DNA from: Trichoplax sp. H2
Lineage: Eukaryota
Assembly (NCBI GenBank): GCA_003344405.1
Contig: NOWV01000015.1
Location: 496,001-560,000 of the forward strand
DNA: 64,000 nt
Direction of reading: 5' to 3'
Notes under the pieces: generated by a model
Databases searched by the model: none
What the model saw: only the letters and a program-made list of their open reading frames with translations
Told to the model about the DNA's origin: nothing
Translations under genes and position numbers: made by a program
Shown: one piece after another, positions 60,618 to 64,000 of the stretch
Position numbering within the stretch: position 1 is the stretch's first letter
Layout of the letters: every line of letters begins with the position of its first letter

Positions 60618-63451
60618 TTAAGGGAGTCGATGAGTTTCCCGCCGCCATTCACCAGTGTCATAGTTCATTACAAAAACTGATTTACACGGTACAACTTCTT
60701 CCTTCCCGTTTTCATCTACAACCTTGTCATCATGAATACCCAACAAAATTTCAACTATGGCACCTTTCGATGGATTAGGATTATCTATCAAAAACGGCAT
60801 TAAATAGATTCGTAAAGTCAATATAGCTGGATTCAATCGTAAAACCTTTTCACCTAAGGAAGCAATAGCATGCTTCTCACTCTTACTTTTAGGCTAAAAC
60901 TATGATCTCTACGCTTTAACTGTCATGATAATTATACAATTTCAAAAAAATTCTACGATCATAAAGTATTTGCATAACTAACTTCGCATTCCAACGATAA
61001 ACTGTAAAATTTGCGCTTTTTCCTCGAATGACACTCGATTTCCATATTGGCGAAACATGTTATTAAATTCAACCAGTTGTGCCCTCTGTCAAAGATAGAT
61101 CGACAATAACTTATTCTTAAACCAACATTAAAAGATATTGGCACAGATCATAACTTTGAAAACCTTACCGACATGCAAAATTGTTTATTAGATTCAGATG
61201 ATGCCTTCGTAGGAGTTTTGTCATTCGACTCTTCGTTGTCGACCTTGTCCTTCGTAGCGATAATTTTTGAAGTTACGCTTGATAAAGTAGGCGTTGTAGA
61301 TCCTGTTGGTGCCGCCGTTACTGCAGTTGTTACAGGTGAAAGTGCTTTGGGCTCTTTTATACTAGTTGCAGTAGTTACAGCTGATGTTGCATCTAGCCAC
61401 GAAATATTAGCTTGCTTTTAATAAGTATGTAGTAATTGCAGGTGGCATAATTAAAATTTTACTTTAGGCTCGTACAATTATACATACTACATTATTACAA
61501 ACCTCGCTTCCGTTGCGCTTTGGTAGACCGATTTTGACTGTCATGCAAAATCAAATACACAAATCGTCAGTTATTTCAAGCTTCTCTATACAATATTTGT
61601 CAAAAATAGTGATAAAGCACGTACTTTATGCAAATAAACTAACTAATTGAGGTATAAAACGGATTAAAATAATCAACATCGTCTATCTCCACTTTCATGG
61701 TAAAGACACTAATACATCAACTCATAGCAACATAATGGTGAGCAGACTCAAAAATTATTACCCTTTACTGCTCTTGGTATTGGAGGGAGTTTTGTCTGAT
61801 TGTTTTTTTGTAGAACTTTGTTTACTTGAAGATTTGCCTGTTGAGGTTTTATCTCCTTTATCGACAGAGTGCTTTTCTGTTTTATGCTCATCTTCATTTG
61901 GCTTGGTCAACGGTGAAGTTACAGTTGGTGATGCTACATTAGTAGTCATTGCACTATCCTTTGTGTCATCAAGCTCGGTGCCCTTCTTTGCTGAACGAGA
62001 TTTAGCATATAGGGTGGATTCTGATGTACCGGTTGCTTCATCCACCGGTAACTTAATACTAGACGCATAGTTTAAGATGTTGCTGGGGGTAGTTGGCGAT
62101 TTAGGTTGTTCGGTTTTCTTGACTTTAGCAGGGGGATTATCTTTATTATCTTCTACGCAAAGATTGTTAAGCAATAGTAACCATCAAATCAAAGTAAATC
62201 TTGAAATCAACTCAAATAGATTCAATACAATTACTAAATTTTATGGTAGTTACCTACGCCCGTAGTAAACTAGTCATTTTAAGATTTACGTCTAAAATAT
62301 GTAATTTCGAAAGCCTGACGTTAACAATCATGGATCATCGTTACAGTATTTACCAGTTTGCTTTTTCTTACGCTTTGCTTCACGGCTTGCACTGCGCGGC
62401 TGATCTTCAATTTCAAGTAGCTATACAACAGTGAAATTCAATAACCACTAATGTAAATGTGCTGTACATCCTTGTATACTTTTAATTTTAAACCTCAAAA
62501 GTGTTCATTACCTTTGTACTCCTGACATTTGTTGGTGTGCGTAAGCCTCTATTGTAAGTTGGTAAGTTTCTACCGGCAATAGTTGGAGTACTGTTACGTG
62601 CGATAAAACCGGCATTAGCAGAAGAACTTGCAGCAGAAGGACGTCGATTGCCTATCGTAGGCAAAGCTAATAACGTATAAAAGCATTCATTGTAAATATA
62701 ATTACTTCAAATAAAGCAAGCTATCTTAGATCTAAATACGATTGTACCATACTACACTAGTCTATTTCTAGTAATAAGGTGGAGAGCATCAAGTTAAAGG
62801 TTCAATGTAGCAAAGCAGTTAACATCTTTAATAATTCGTGTCAAAAACATGTACATACGTGTTGAAGGTTCGATTTTATTAAACCTTTCCTGCTTTGCTT
62901 GTCCACTCTGAGTTATACCTAATAGCAATAACGTAACCCACAGTTAGCGACATATTTTGTCGTCTACAATGTTATGATAATATTCCAGTAAACAGGATCA
63001 TTTAAGCAACTCTAGTCGATTAAGGACACAAGGCTAAGCATTGATGTTGTACAGTATCTTAACGAGATAATTTGGTTACAGCAGATGTAGAAATTTCGAA
63101 GATTTGATACTTACTCTTTTCTATTAACATTGCTCTCAATTCGGCTGATTTTGGCTTTCTTTTTAACGTAAAATGTTTGGTCACGTTTGGTAGCTTACCA
63201 TATAGATTATTCAGGACCGTACTGTTTATATATGACGCTTCAAGAGGCATTTGCTCGAGGCTAGGTGACATTGTATCTGATGCTTTCTTAGCTGCAGCAT
63301 AAGAACAATAAAAAGAACAATGTTGTTATTGCATAGCATGCCATGATTAGGATTAATCTACAAACACTTCTAGTACGTATATCATCTTTCCTTGAAACTA
63401 AGATGGCTTCTACCTTTGTCATCAACCTCGTCTTTTCAGTAATTTGTAATA
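60618..63451 (-). CDS. NELFA: Negative elongation factor A (WHSC2); 5' end unresolved or beyond the window
   Basis: MPLEASYINSTVLNNLYGKLPNVTKHFTLKRKPKSAELRAMLIEK matches NELF-A LPLECQYLN...KHFQLKRKPKSATLRAELLQK. KLLEIEDQPRSASREAKRKKK matches KLLDISEL...REAKRRRK. The C-terminal DNPNPSKGAIVEILL...SVFVMNYDTGEWRR matches ENPC...TVFEMNYATGQWTR. Mostly phase-consistent exons at about 63291-63115, 62918-62859, 62666-62512, 62420-62354, 62152-61762, 61537-61503, 61392-61169, ~60893-60854 and 60784-60618. Confidence 0.9.
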
Positions 63452-64000
63452 CTAGTAGAGAAATACTGTACACAAATAGTTTATTGTACTACTACTCTAA
63501 TGGTTGTAAAATGCATGTAAATTGCAGTTTGCGATTCGTCTTGATACTGTATTTTAACTTATCTACACCGACAATCGCGTCAAGTTAAGGAGACTAATAG
63601 GAATTCAGAGAAATAGGACTGCTGATGCTTTTATTAAAGAACAATTTGAACTAGTTGGTTGGGATTACGCTGCAAATCTCCTGATTACATTTATGGAGCT
63701 ATTTTGTGAAATACACATCCTTTTGAGAACAGAAAGAGGAAAGGAGGGATCATCATCTTCACTACAGTACAGTATGTATGAGCAGTACATACACTAACTA
63801 TCACTAAGTGGTTGCCTTCACAAGTCTACACATATGAGGTTATCCTATCATTTTTGGGTATGGAATGGTCAAGGATGGCGATCTACATAACGCTAACTCA
63901 CTACAGAATAAGAGATCGCTCAGGAGAAATGTCACTCCAGTTCAACTGTCTAAATACTATCGTACCTGCTTCGGTGACACTGGTGAAGAAATCAGCTAAA

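Overview
AT-rich, intron-dense eukaryotic genomic DNA, most likely from an early-branching animal. A placozoan such as Trichoplax is my inference from gene content, short introns and composition; it is not verified. Reading GT-AG boundaries by hand supports eight spliced genes: (1) the 5' part of a Ki-67/RepoMan-like gene (-; FHA domain, KEN box, RVxF and SILK PP1 motifs; runs off the left edge), (2) a CREBRF/REPTOR-like bZIP factor (+), (3) an ENTPD4/7-type apyrase (-), (4) an uncharacterised TPR-like protein (-), (5) RRP5/PDCD11 (+), (6) cytosolic aspartate aminotransferase GOT1 (-), (7) mitochondrial glutamate dehydrogenase with an antenna (-), and (8) NELF-A (-; 5' end unresolved). Non-coding features are several degenerate tandem arrays, CAGTA/TACTG tracts near gene 5' ends, a 52-bp-arm inverted repeat, and two gap-flanking duplications that look like uncollapsed haplotypes. 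I found no rRNA, tRNA, CRISPR array or autonomous transposon, and no wholly new multi-gene system that I can support. The best leads are the Ki-67-like gene, the mapping of all seven named genes to one human paralogon, the GLUD-GOT1 pair, the CAGTA tracts, the foldback hairpin and a uORF overlapping the bZIP start. Exon coordinates were read manually and may be off by a few bases.
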